A DNA stretch of 54,498 nucleotides from a virus (taxonomy: Duplodnaviria; Caudoviricetes), in the IMG/VR virus record IMGVR_UViG_3300021425_000050, positions 1 to 54,498 of that record; one strand, written 5' to 3'. The position numbers and the translations under genes were made by a program. The notes beneath the pieces were generated by a model. The model was not told where the DNA came from. It saw only the letters and a program-made list of their open reading frames with translations, and searched no databases. Shown here in pieces: positions 1 to 9,589 of the stretch. How positions within the stretch are numbered: position 1 is the first letter of the stretch; every line of letters starts with the position of its first letter.

Positions 1-2
1 CT

Positions 3-2039
3 CCGCCGCCGCCACCGCCGCCGCCGATAGTTTTACCACCACCGCCGCCTCCACCGCCGCCGGTGCCACCCCCTGTGCCTCTGCCACCTTTACCAAGACC
101 GCCGCAAGCACCTCCGATTCCTATCGAGATTGCAAGACCAAGAAGAAGAAGGGCAATAGAAGAGAGAGGTTGGGGAGACCCATTAGCAGAATCATTCTTA
201 GTAGAAGCAGATGGTGGTATGATGTTAACATCAATAGACTTATACTTTAAATCTAAGTCTACTAACCTTCCTGTTTCTATAGAAGTTAGAAATATGGTCA
301 ATGGTTATCCAGGTCAAACTGTATTACCATTCTCTATAGTGACTAAGAATCCTGCTGATGTGAACATATCAGATGACGGTTCTGCTGTGACAACATTTAC
401 TTTTGAATCACCAGTATATGTTGAAGAAGGTGCTGAAATGTGTTTCGTAATCTACTCTAACTCAAATGATTACGAGTGCTTCATTTCTAGAATGGGCGAA
501 CAAGATTTAATTACAGGACAAACAATCTCAGGACAACCATATGCTGGTTCATTGTTCTTATCTCAGAATGCATCTACTTGGACTGCTGAACAAACAGACG
601 ACTTGAAATTTAATATGAAAGTCGCTAAGTTTGATACAACAGCACAAGGTAATGTTGTATTCGAAAACGAACATTTACCAGAAAGTAGATTACAACCAAA
701 CTCAGTAGAAGTTTATAGTAGTCAATCGTTTGTTAGAATCTATAACTACTCACATGGCATGTATGATACACAATCAAATGTCATCATATGGGGTGTCGAG
801 GGAGACAAATCAGGTTCAGCATTAACTGCATCAGGTAATTCTGGTACAGGTGCTGCCGCTGGAACTTACGATAACAGTGGTTCAAATCTCTATAACGATG
901 CTATCTACACTTTGAATGGTGATAGCACAGGTAAAGATTTAATCATTCATAGTTTTGTAGTAGATAACGATGGTAATATAACATCAGTTCAAATCGCAGA
1001 CCCAGGTGTTGGGTATGAAGTTGGCGATTCTATTACAATACCAAACTTTGATGGTAATGGTGCTAATGCTACCATAACAATTCAGTCAGTTGGAGATACA
1101 TTAGGTGGAATACCTGTCGATGCAATTAACGGACAGTATTCATCAATTACTAATTATGGAATAGATTCATTTAGTATAACACCCGATTTATCAGCATACA
1201 ATCTTTCATACACCAATGCAGTTCAATCAACAATAGGTGGTGGTGAAAATGCTTACATAACTAAAAACTTATATTATGATGTATTACATACTATGATACC
1301 TTCACTCTTGTTTAAAGGCACAAGCATGATTACAAGTTGCAGAAGAACAGGTATAAATGCGCCTGATGAAGGTTCACCTGCTTTAGATACTTCATATGTA
1401 ATGAGGTCAACAAACGACTTTATAACATTGAATGATAATGTATTCTTTGAGAGACCAAGTATTATCGCTTCTTCAATTAACGAACAAGAAGAAGTCACAG
1501 GTGGTCCAACTACCAAATCATTTGAAGCGAGATTACAATTACAAACAGTTAATCAAAATATATCACCTGTTATTGATGTTTCAACAATAGGGTGTATCGG
1601 AATCATGAACAGAATCAATGATATTGATTCGTCTGGTGACTTAGCAACAGAACTTGCTTATGTAGCTTCAACTGAACCTGATGGTGACAACAACGCAAAT
1701 GTTTATGTCACTAGAAAAGTTAATCTAAAGAATCCTGCAACTTCATTGAAAGTAATTGCAGATAACTTTAGACCTGCAGGTACAGATATCAAAGTTATGT
1801 ATAAGATATTGAAGAATGACGAAACAACACCTATTGATGACTTAGGGTTTGAATACTTTAATTCAACAGGTGGTCCAGATGTTGCAATCGAACAAGATGC
1901 AAGAAACTTTAAAGAATACGAATATACTGCTGACGGTCTACCAGAGTTCACAGGATTTGTTGTTAAGATTGTAGGTCAATCAGACAACACATCAATTGTG
2001 CCTCTAGTGTCAGCACTTAGATGTATCGCTCTCGCATAA
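3..2039 (+). CDS. Large virion structural protein, VrlC-like (C-terminal part; 5' end lies outside the window)
   Basis: Frame is open from base 3 (PPPPPPPPIVLPPPP...). Contains DPLAESF...LTSIDLYFKSK, GSLFLSQNASTWTAEQTDDLKF and a C-terminal FKEYEY...LRCIALA, motifs I recognise from VrlC-like proteins of marine T4-like phages. Lies upstream of the fibre genes. Confidence 0.75.
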   Translation, partial: PPPPPPPPIVLPPPPPPPPPVPPPVPLPPLPRPPQAPPIPIEIARPRRRRAIEERGWGDPLAESFLVEADGGMMLTSIDLYFKSKSTNLPVSIEVRNMVNGYPGQTVLPFSIVTKNPADVNISDDGSAVTTFTFESPVYVEEGAEMCFVIYSNSNDYECFISRMGEQDLITGQTISGQPYAGSLFLSQNASTWTAEQTDDLKFNMKVAKFDTTAQGNVVFENEHLPESRLQPNSVEVYSSQSFVRIYNYSHGMYDTQSNVIIWGVEGDKSGSALTASGNSGTGAAAGTYDNSGSNLYNDAIYTLNGDSTGKDLIIHSFVVDNDGNITSVQIADPGVGYEVGDSITIPNFDGNGANATITIQSVGDTLGGIPVDAINGQYSSITNYGIDSFSITPDLSAYNLSYTNAVQSTIGGGENAYITKNLYYDVLHTMIPSLLFKGTSMITSCRRTGINAPDEGSPALDTSYVMRSTNDFITLNDNVFFERPSIIASSINEQEEVTGGPTTKSFEARLQLQTVNQNISPVIDVSTIGCIGIMNRINDIDSSGDLATELAYVASTEPDGDNNANVYVTRKVNLKNPATSLKVIADNFRPAGTDIKVMYKILKNDETTPIDDLGFEYFNSTGGPDVAIEQDARNFKEYEYTADGLPEFTGFVVKIVGQSDNTSIVPLVSALRCIALA

Positions 2040-2236
2040 TGAGTAGAGTAGAAGGTCATATTGATTTAATGAGAGATGATGAAAGTCATGCTATTGTTAA
2101 TATCAATACTGAACACTACAAATTAGTAAAGAGAAGAAGAGAAGTGATGCAAATGCAGAAGAATGAAATAAATAGTTTAAGGGAAGAGATAACTGAAATC
2201 AAATCACTCATGAGAGAGTTAATAGAGAAAGTATAA
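2039..2236 (+). CDS. Small coiled-coil hypothetical protein following VrlC
   Basis: ATG at 2039 overlaps the upstream TAA (TAATG), so I prefer it to the ORF-track start at 2021. MSRVEGHIDLMRD...INSLREEITEIKSLM. Confidence 0.7.
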   Translation: MSRVEGHIDLMRDDESHAIVNINTEHYKLVKRRREVMQMQKNEINSLREEITEIKSLMRELIEKV

Positions 2237-3828
2237 TGGCAAAAACAGTAGACAATTTTTCAACGATAGAAGAGTTTAGAAAGACTTATAACGACCTAGC
2301 ATTTGATGTCGGTGATGTCTCTGGTCTTCGAACATCATTAAAATCAGGCAATAATGATACACTTGTAGATGCAGTAAACTACTTAGAAGATAAAGCATTC
2401 TTTTTCCAAGAGTATGTATATTCTGCACCTGAACATAATATGAATGGTAAAGTTAGTTTTACAGGTGTTGATTCATTCGAAAACGATTTACTATTCAGAA
2501 AAGACAAGATTCAAGTATTCTTAAATGATAAACACTTAGTCGAAGATACAGACTTTATTATATCTTCGCCGACAGGAACAGGTGCTCATACAGAAATTAT
2601 CTTACAAGGGCCTTATGCAAGTGGTACAAACACAGGTGATAAACTATTCATCTATTCGTTCACAGGTTCATTTATCGGAACAAGTATCAACACTGAGTTA
2701 TCATCATTCTTTAACCAAACACCAGAGAATGCAATTTATAACTCTAACTCCGCAGGTGTAATTCTAAACGGTTCTAACTTAGGGGCAACAACTCTCTTAG
2801 AATCAGGTTATACTTTACAACTTGCAGGTCGAACATTTGCTGAAGACGATATAACGCTCGCTGCTAACAAAACATTAACAGCACCTATAATCACTGATGG
2901 TACTATGACAATACAGTCAGGTGCTATCTCAGGCGCTACAAACATCACTGCATCAGGCACTGTTCAAGCAGAACACATCTACACAACAGATGATTTACAA
3001 GTAGGCGATGACGCAACATTTGGTGGTGATGGAACATTTGGTGGTAACATAACAGTCACAGGTTCTGCTACTGTCGGTAGTTTAACATCAAATGGAAATG
3101 TATCAGGCACAAACGCAACCTTTACAGGAAATGTAGACTTAGGAAATGCAACTTCTGATACTATCACAATGACAGGTCGTGTAGATTCGCATATTGTTCC
3201 TAACAATACATCAAGAGATTTAGGTTCAAGCACTTTACCATGGCAGAATGTATATGCAAGTGACTTTACAGGAAACTTGACAGGTAATGTTGTCGGAGAT
3301 GTCACAGGTGATTTAACTGGTAATGTTTCTGGAACTGCAACACAGGCCGCTAACTTAAACAATCATGATACTACAGATTTAGCAGAAGGAAACAATCTCT
3401 ACTATACTAACGCAAGAGCAGACGCTAGAATTGCTGCCGCTAGTATCGAAGATTTATCAGATGTTCATACATTAGGAACACCAAGTGCAGGTCAGATACT
3501 TGCTTGGAACGCTTCAAACAATAGATTTGAAGTTCAAGACAATGCTACATCGTCAGGAAGTATTACTGAAACAACTAATAAATACTTGACAGACGATAGA
3601 GTAAACGCAATGATATCTGCTGGTTCAGGTCTTGCGAAGTCTTACAATGCAGGTGCTTCAGGCGACCCATTAGATGGTGTCGTTACCGTGTCAGTCAACA
3701 CATCAAACGGAATCAAATTAGATGGCGATGATGTAGAATTAGATTATGAAGTTGTAAGTTCGTCTTCTCTATCAGGAACACCTTCCGGTACAGGTAAAGA
3801 AATCGGACATATATGGTTTGTGATATGA
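2236..3828 (+). CDS. Tail fibre / fibre-like structural protein
   Basis: G/T/S/N-rich beta repeats (GNLTGNVVGDVTGDLTGNV), a DLAEGNNLYYTNARA module shared with 11204-13207, and a C-terminal PSGTGKEIGHIWF motif. Confidence 0.7.
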   Translation: MAKTVDNFSTIEEFRKTYNDLAFDVGDVSGLRTSLKSGNNDTLVDAVNYLEDKAFFFQEYVYSAPEHNMNGKVSFTGVDSFENDLLFRKDKIQVFLNDKHLVEDTDFIISSPTGTGAHTEIILQGPYASGTNTGDKLFIYSFTGSFIGTSINTELSSFFNQTPENAIYNSNSAGVILNGSNLGATTLLESGYTLQLAGRTFAEDDITLAANKTLTAPIITDGTMTIQSGAISGATNITASGTVQAEHIYTTDDLQVGDDATFGGDGTFGGNITVTGSATVGSLTSNGNVSGTNATFTGNVDLGNATSDTITMTGRVDSHIVPNNTSRDLGSSTLPWQNVYASDFTGNLTGNVVGDVTGDLTGNVSGTATQAANLNNHDTTDLAEGNNLYYTNARADARIAAASIEDLSDVHTLGTPSAGQILAWNASNNRFEVQDNATSSGSITETTNKYLTDDRVNAMISAGSGLAKSYNAGASGDPLDGVVTVSVNTSNGIKLDGDDVELDYEVVSSSSLSGTPSGTGKEIGHIWFVI

Positions 3829-3829
3829 T

Positions 3830-5593
3830 ATGGCAGATAAAATATACATTAAACACAATTTAGGGAACTTTAATCAACCTTACATCGCAAGGTCGACAGT
3901 TAATGCTCAAAACCCTATAATCGCTCAGCAGAATAGAAGACAACCTAGAATTCTACAAGTTCCTAGCACTTATCAAAATAGACAACCGAGCACCTATCGT
4001 GACCCTGTAAATGCTCAACAACCTAATATTAGAAATAAACAACATCCGTTTAATAGAAGTTATAGAACACCAAACGCAGTAAGTAATCAGGTTCCGTTTA
4101 CATACCCTACGATAGCACAACAACCTGCGACTTATCAACATCAGAGTCCAAGTATATACACTGCTCAGACTCAAATACCTAGTCAATATCAACATCAGAG
4201 TCCTTATATTACTAGAAGAAGTTATACTTTTCAAAGTCCAGCGATTTATCAACATCAATCGCCCTATACATTTCGTTCGCCAGGAACAGTGCAACAACCA
4301 GGTACTTATCAACATCAACAACCTGCTTCGTATGACCACAGAAGTCCTTATACTATACCTAAAACTTATAGTCATAGAACGCCTGTAAGTAGACAAAACT
4401 CTATTGCTAATCCTGTTATTAGACATAGAGATTATCAGAATCCTGTAAATTACCAGAATCCTGTAATTAGAGATAGACAGAGTCCAGTCATTGCACAATC
4501 ACCAACTCCAGTAATTATAGCAAACGGTAATGTAGGAACGACATATTATTACGGTGCTGGAAGAAATCGTATTAATAGTCCATTAGCAGCTACTAGAATT
4601 CCAAGTATAGTCACAGGAGCTCAAAGTCCTATGGCCCCCATGTCTTGGAATGCATATGGAATTTATAATCATCAATCAACTACTGTCTCAACTTATAATT
4701 CGCAGGTAGAACTTGCATTTAGATTAGATTGTAACTGGATTAACGGCAGTCCTTATTTCAATCTTTGGACAAAAAGAGGACCTACTGCAACTTCATCCCC
4801 TTATTCAAATGGAAGTTATTTCTGTTATGATGAGATAGATACTTCAACTGTTATGGGTTCAACAGCAGGTTGGTATATTGCTTCAAATTGGGATTTACCA
4901 TCATCGATGGTAAATAGTGGTAGTGGGTTTAAGATAAACATGATATTACAAGATTGGACGGGTTCTAGTGGAACAGTTTCAGGTATTCAACCTGTGACAT
5001 CGTTTGATTATTCACATACAAATATCAGTTATGGAACTGATATAAGTTCGTCAGTGGGAACTTCTGACCCAAGTAGTATTTGGACAGGTACTGGTACAGG
5101 TGCATCTGCCTTTATGACCAAAACTGTTAACGGTTCTCCTGGAACAACTTTTAACAACGCTGTAACTGCTGCTACAATATCATATCCAGCGGATCCAGGT
5201 GGTTCAGGCGCTCAAACAGCATCATCATTATCATGGGGTGTAAAAACAACAGCAATTAGAAATACAGGTGGTAATACAGCAACATTTACTAATAGTTCAA
5301 ACTTTGATATAATTGTGCAAATAGAATTAGAAGACCAACACACTTCTAATTCAAATGATTTACCATATCACTTAGTTAGAACAACTAATTTATTACAAAG
5401 AGTCACAACAGGCGGCGGCGGAGGAGGCGGTGGCGGGTTTACCCCATTCACTCCTACTTTCCAATCTTTCTATCAAGAGCCTCTCCAACAGGAAATTAAT
5501 AGATATAACCAGGACATAGAAAATAGATATACGCCGTTGGCCCCATCGGTTATAAATCCAACTATTAACGAATTCGACAGTGGTATACAATAA
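3830..5593 (+). CDS. Pro-punctuated repeat protein (zipper chain A1) with C-terminal Ser/Thr/Gly-rich domain and poly-Gly
   Basis: A 202-aa tract of 6-12 aa Pro-delimited units (3878-4483), then a long non-repetitive S/T/G/N-rich region and GGGGGGGGGF near the end. Confidence 0.7.
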   Translation: MADKIYIKHNLGNFNQPYIARSTVNAQNPIIAQQNRRQPRILQVPSTYQNRQPSTYRDPVNAQQPNIRNKQHPFNRSYRTPNAVSNQVPFTYPTIAQQPATYQHQSPSIYTAQTQIPSQYQHQSPYITRRSYTFQSPAIYQHQSPYTFRSPGTVQQPGTYQHQQPASYDHRSPYTIPKTYSHRTPVSRQNSIANPVIRHRDYQNPVNYQNPVIRDRQSPVIAQSPTPVIIANGNVGTTYYYGAGRNRINSPLAATRIPSIVTGAQSPMAPMSWNAYGIYNHQSTTVSTYNSQVELAFRLDCNWINGSPYFNLWTKRGPTATSSPYSNGSYFCYDEIDTSTVMGSTAGWYIASNWDLPSSMVNSGSGFKINMILQDWTGSSGTVSGIQPVTSFDYSHTNISYGTDISSSVGTSDPSSIWTGTGTGASAFMTKTVNGSPGTTFNNAVTAATISYPADPGGSGAQTASSLSWGVKTTAIRNTGGNTATFTNSSNFDIIVQIELEDQHTSNSNDLPYHLVRTTNLLQRVTTGGGGGGGGGFTPFTPTFQSFYQEPLQQEINRYNQDIENRYTPLAPSVINPTINEFDSGIQ

Positions 5594-5595
5594 AC

Positions 5596-6405
5596 ATGGC
5601 ACAGCAATATACAGTAAATACTAGGGCATCGTTTCAATCGTCTACGCCTGTGCAATATGGTCACAGAACTCCTGCAACTACAAGACAGCCTGCTATTCAA
5701 CCTTACGGTAATCAGGAACCATATCAGTCACCTTCTACTTACAGACACCCTGTAATTAGAAATTATGATATGAATAGACAACAACCTAATATTAGGAACT
5801 ACAGAATACCTTTAACAGATGTTGATTATCAAACAACTGTAGATTATCAACAACCAACTAGTGGCGGTGTTCCTTTTGATAGAAGTTATAGAACGCCTCT
5901 AACAGGTAGATATCCATTTGCAAATAGACAACCTAATATAAGAGATAGACAAACTCCTTCTCCTTATATTGCTAATAAACAGAATCCGTTTATCAGAAAT
6001 TATCAGAACCCATACGCTTATCAGGCAAGTGATAGACAACCTACAATTTATAATGCTCAAATAGCAGGTTCTTATCAACATCAATCTCCTTCTGAATATC
6101 AACATAGAAGTCCGTTCACTTATCAGAATCCTGTTAATGCTCAGAATCCTTATATTGCAAATGCACAATCGAATCAACCTTATCAGATTGTATATCAAGT
6201 TGCATATTCTTATAGAAGTCCGTCAACTTATCAGATTACATATAATAGTCAAAGACCCATTACGCAGGTTGCAGAAGCAAAAGCAATATACATCAAAGAC
6301 GCTGATGGTGTGGTAAAGAAAGTTAATAAGGCATATGTAAAAAATAATAGCACAGATGTAGAACAAATACATCAATCTATACCTTATCCTAATCTAAACA
6401 CTTAA
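5596..6405 (+). CDS. Pro-punctuated repeat protein (zipper chain B1, mirror partner of 3830-5593)
   Basis: A 203-aa repeat tract (5647-6255) and a C-terminal AIYIKDADGVVKKVNKAYVK motif. Starts 2 nt after the upstream stop. Confidence 0.7.
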   Translation: MAQQYTVNTRASFQSSTPVQYGHRTPATTRQPAIQPYGNQEPYQSPSTYRHPVIRNYDMNRQQPNIRNYRIPLTDVDYQTTVDYQQPTSGGVPFDRSYRTPLTGRYPFANRQPNIRDRQTPSPYIANKQNPFIRNYQNPYAYQASDRQPTIYNAQIAGSYQHQSPSEYQHRSPFTYQNPVNAQNPYIANAQSNQPYQIVYQVAYSYRSPSTYQITYNSQRPITQVAEAKAIYIKDADGVVKKVNKAYVKNNSTDVEQIHQSIPYPNLNT

Positions 6406-6409
6406 ATCG

Positions 6410-6417
6410 TATAAATA
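6410..6417 (+). promoter_or_regulatory. T4-type late (gp55) promoter TATAAATA
   Basis: Exact TATAAATA 5 nt upstream of ATG 6423. gp55 is encoded in the window. Confidence 0.75.
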
Positions 6418-6422
6418 GTTGT

Positions 6423-6755
6423 ATGGCTATTATCGCAAACTTATTCATAGACCAAGGAACAGACTTTAGTGTGACTGTTGATGTCACTGGTGCTGATGGT
6501 GAAATATTAAACCTGAATGGTTATACTGCTTCAGCACAAATAAGAAAAACATATTCATCATCTACAACTGCTGCTACATTCGCTACATCAATTGCAGAAG
6601 CATCAGGTCAAGTCACATTATCACTAACAGATACACAAACATCTGCTCTATCTCATGGAAGATATGTCTATGATATGAACATAACAAGTGGTGGCGGTCA
6701 AACAACAAGAGTTGTAGAAGGACAAGCTATCATAACACCAGGAGTCACACGATGA
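6423..6755 (+). CDS. Small virion structural protein (baseplate/fibre adaptor-like)
   Basis: NLFIDQGTDF...ASAQIRK...GRYVYD...RVVEG...TPGVT pattern common in T4-like marine phage structural regions. Confidence 0.65.
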   Translation: MAIIANLFIDQGTDFSVTVDVTGADGEILNLNGYTASAQIRKTYSSSTTAATFATSIAEASGQVTLSLTDTQTSALSHGRYVYDMNITSGGGQTTRVVEGQAIITPGVTR

Positions 6756-6997
6756 GCAATATCAAGGGAGTTGTTTCTAGGGTTGCTACAATAGGTGGTA
6801 AACTTTCTAACACAACAAATTTAAGGGCGAAACAAGTCGCAATAGGTAATTCATCTACAAATGTAAACTTGTCTGCTAAATCAATAAACGAACTTTCAGA
6901 TGTTGATGCAACAGAAACAGATGATGGACTTCTTTCATATGATGCCGCCACTGATAAGTGGACAACCACAACTATTTTAGACGGCGGAACATTTTAG
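6752..6997 (+). CDS. Small fibre-associated protein ending LDGGTF
   Basis: ATGA overlap with the upstream gene. Has an LSDVD...DGLLSYD...KW fibre motif and a C-terminal DGGTF. Confidence 0.6.
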   Translation: MSNIKGVVSRVATIGGKLSNTTNLRAKQVAIGNSSTNVNLSAKSINELSDVDATETDDGLLSYDAATDKWTTTTILDGGTF

Positions 6998-7000
6998 TTT

Positions 7001-7008
7001 TATAAATA
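7001..7008 (+). promoter_or_regulatory. T4-type late promoter TATAAATA
   Basis: Exact consensus at the start of the 145-nt intergenic region before 7143. Confidence 0.75.
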
Positions 7009-7142
7009 CTCATACAATCAAGGTGTCATTCATTGAGACACGACCCTCATAGTGAGAGGACTGTAATATATTATGAATCTTTCTCGAATAGTGCAGAGAA
7101 TTAAGCTTAATTAAACATAAATTCATTTTTTAGGAGAAAAAA

Positions 7143-8723
7143 ATGGCAACAGTAATTCAAATTAAAAGAAGCACAGGAGCAACAGCGCCGACAGTCTCAG
7201 ACTTGTCAGAAGGCGAATTAGCTTATGTGCAAGACCGTTCGAATTCAGGTGCTTCTGCTAAATTGTTCATAGAATCTGTAGACTCATTAGGGGCGGCAGT
7301 CATTCACGAAGTTGGTGGTAAATACTACACCGATATCGTAGATGGTTCATCTGCTACACCTAACGACTGGTTAGTCGGTAATGGGTCATCATCAGGTGGT
7401 ACATTAAAACTTATGGAAGATTCCGATAACGGAACAAACTTCATAGGTCTTAAAGCTGCTGATACATTGGGTTCTAGTGTAACATTTACAGTGCCTAGTT
7501 CAGACGGTTCGAATGGACAAGTTTTAGGAACAGACGGTTCTGGAAACTTATCTTTCTTATCAACAACATCAACACTTGAAGGTGCAACAGATACAGATAT
7601 TTCTAGCCCAGCAGCAGGACATGTTCTTGTTCATGACGGTTCAGATTCATTTGATAATGTCGCAATTTCAGGTGACGCAACATTAGCCGCTAATGGTGCT
7701 CTAACAATCGCAAACAGTGCCGTTGAACTCGGTATGATTGACTTCTTTGTTGACGAAGATGACATGTCTTCTGATTCAGATGTCAAAGTTCCTTCACAAC
7801 AATCTGTTAAAGCATATGTTGATTCACAAGTAACTGCTCAAGACTTAGACATGGCAGGTGACAGTGGAACAGGTTCTGTCGACTTAGACTCACAATCAAT
7901 CACTTTCACTGGTGGAACAGGTGTAGATACTTCTGTTTCAGGTCAAGCAGTAACATTTGCAATCGGTCAGTCAGTTGGAACATCAGACAATGTGACATTT
8001 AACAATGTCGATGTTGACGGTACACTTACATCAGACGATATTACATCAACTAACATTTCTGCTTCAGGAAACTTAACTGTTTCAGGAAACTTAACTGTTA
8101 ACGGTACAACAACTACAGTAAACTCAACAACTACATCAGTTGCTGACCCTGTTTTTGAAATCGGTGATGACGCTTCAGATGACAACCTAGACAGAGGTAT
8201 TAAATTTAAGTATAACGATGGTTCTGCTAAAGTTGGTTTCTTTGGTTTAGATGATTCATCAGGTAAATTCGTTGCATTAAGTTCAGCAACAGATAATTCA
8301 TCAACATTTACTGGTACAGCTATGAACGCAGTATTCGGTGGAATCGAAGGTACAGGACTTGCATTAAGTGGTTCAATCACTTCAATAGACGGTGCTGCCC
8401 CAACTGCTGGTCAGTTAATGATTGGTAACGGTTCAAACGGAGATATGGAACTTGCAGTTTTAACTGCTGGCGAAGGTATCGATGTAACCAATGCTGACGG
8501 TGCGATAACAATCGCTGCTGAAGTTGGTACAGATGCTAACTTAGGTGCTGTTATCGTTGCTGCTGGTGAAGGTATGGACGCTTCATACTCAGGTGGAACA
8601 GTAACCGTGAGTGGTGAAGATGCATCTACATCTAATAAAGGTATTGCTTCTTTTGTAAGTGATAACTTTACAGTATCATCAGGCGCAGTTTCAATCACTG
8701 CTATTGACGGCGGAACATTTTAA
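7143..8723 (+). CDS. Tail fibre protein
   Basis: N-terminal IQIKRS...P...L.EGELA motif typical of phage fibre N-termini, a GNLTVSGNLTVNGTTTTVNS module, C-terminal IDGGTF and SD AGGAG. Confidence 0.75.
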   Translation: MATVIQIKRSTGATAPTVSDLSEGELAYVQDRSNSGASAKLFIESVDSLGAAVIHEVGGKYYTDIVDGSSATPNDWLVGNGSSSGGTLKLMEDSDNGTNFIGLKAADTLGSSVTFTVPSSDGSNGQVLGTDGSGNLSFLSTTSTLEGATDTDISSPAAGHVLVHDGSDSFDNVAISGDATLAANGALTIANSAVELGMIDFFVDEDDMSSDSDVKVPSQQSVKAYVDSQVTAQDLDMAGDSGTGSVDLDSQSITFTGGTGVDTSVSGQAVTFAIGQSVGTSDNVTFNNVDVDGTLTSDDITSTNISASGNLTVSGNLTVNGTTTTVNSTTTSVADPVFEIGDDASDDNLDRGIKFKYNDGSAKVGFFGLDDSSGKFVALSSATDNSSTFTGTAMNAVFGGIEGTGLALSGSITSIDGAAPTAGQLMIGNGSNGDMELAVLTAGEGIDVTNADGAITIAAEVGTDANLGAVIVAAGEGMDASYSGGTVTVSGEDASTSNKGIASFVSDNFTVSSGAVSITAIDGGTF

Positions 8724-8752
8724 TTAATTTTTTAGTCAATAGGAGATAAGAA

Positions 8753-9580
8753 ATGGCAACAGTAATTCAATTTAAAAGAAGTGCTACTCAAAACAGTATA
8801 CCAGGAACAGGTGACCTTGCTCTTGGTGAATTAGCTGTCAATACATATCACGGTAGATTTTATACCGAGAAGAATGACGGTACAGCTGCTGTAGTTGAGA
8901 TTGGGTCTAACCCAAGTTCTTTACAAATTAACGATGCTATTACTTTTCCTACTAGTGACGGAACATCAGGACAGGTTTTACAAACAGACGGAAGTGGAAC
9001 ACTTTCTTTTGCAGACCAACCAAGTTCTGGTATAGTCATTTATACATACTCAATCACTTCAACAGGTACAACCATATCAGGTGCTGATGACAATAACAAT
9101 ACATTGTCTTACACACCTGGAAGTGAACAAGTATTCTTAAATGGTGTTAAACTTGTTGATGGTGGGGCAGATTATACTGCAACTTCATCAGAAGTCGTCA
9201 CACTAGCTGAAAATGCAATCAGCGGAGACACTGTAGAAGTAGTCGCAATAACCAGTGCTGCTAATTTAGTAGAAGGTTATTACACTGCATCAACATTCTC
9301 TACAACATCATCAAATCAAGTGTTGTCAGCAAATCCAATCGCTAACAAAGCAATTAAATTTGTGATAAATGCAACACACGCCTCAGCTGGTACACACGCC
9401 GCTGAAGTGTTATTGATTAATGATGGTAGTTCTGCTTATTTTGTGCAATATGGTGATGTCTTTTCATCATCATCTTTGTTCTCATTGAGTGCAGATGTAG
9501 ACTCAGGTAATATGAGATTACTAGTCACACCTGCAAATACTAACACAACAGTGGATACATTCCAAATTAGACATTCATAG
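8753..9580 (+). CDS. Tail fibre-associated protein
   Basis: Same MATVIQFKRS...LALGELA N-terminus as 7143, a PTSDGTSGQVLQTDGSG module, and a C-terminal beta domain shared with 9590 and 10077. Confidence 0.7.
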   Translation: MATVIQFKRSATQNSIPGTGDLALGELAVNTYHGRFYTEKNDGTAAVVEIGSNPSSLQINDAITFPTSDGTSGQVLQTDGSGTLSFADQPSSGIVIYTYSITSTGTTISGADDNNNTLSYTPGSEQVFLNGVKLVDGGADYTATSSEVVTLAENAISGDTVEVVAITSAANLVEGYYTASTFSTTSSNQVLSANPIANKAIKFVINATHASAGTHAAEVLLINDGSSAYFVQYGDVFSSSSLFSLSADVDSGNMRLLVTPANTNTTVDTFQIRHS

Positions 9581-9589
9581 GAGTAAGAT

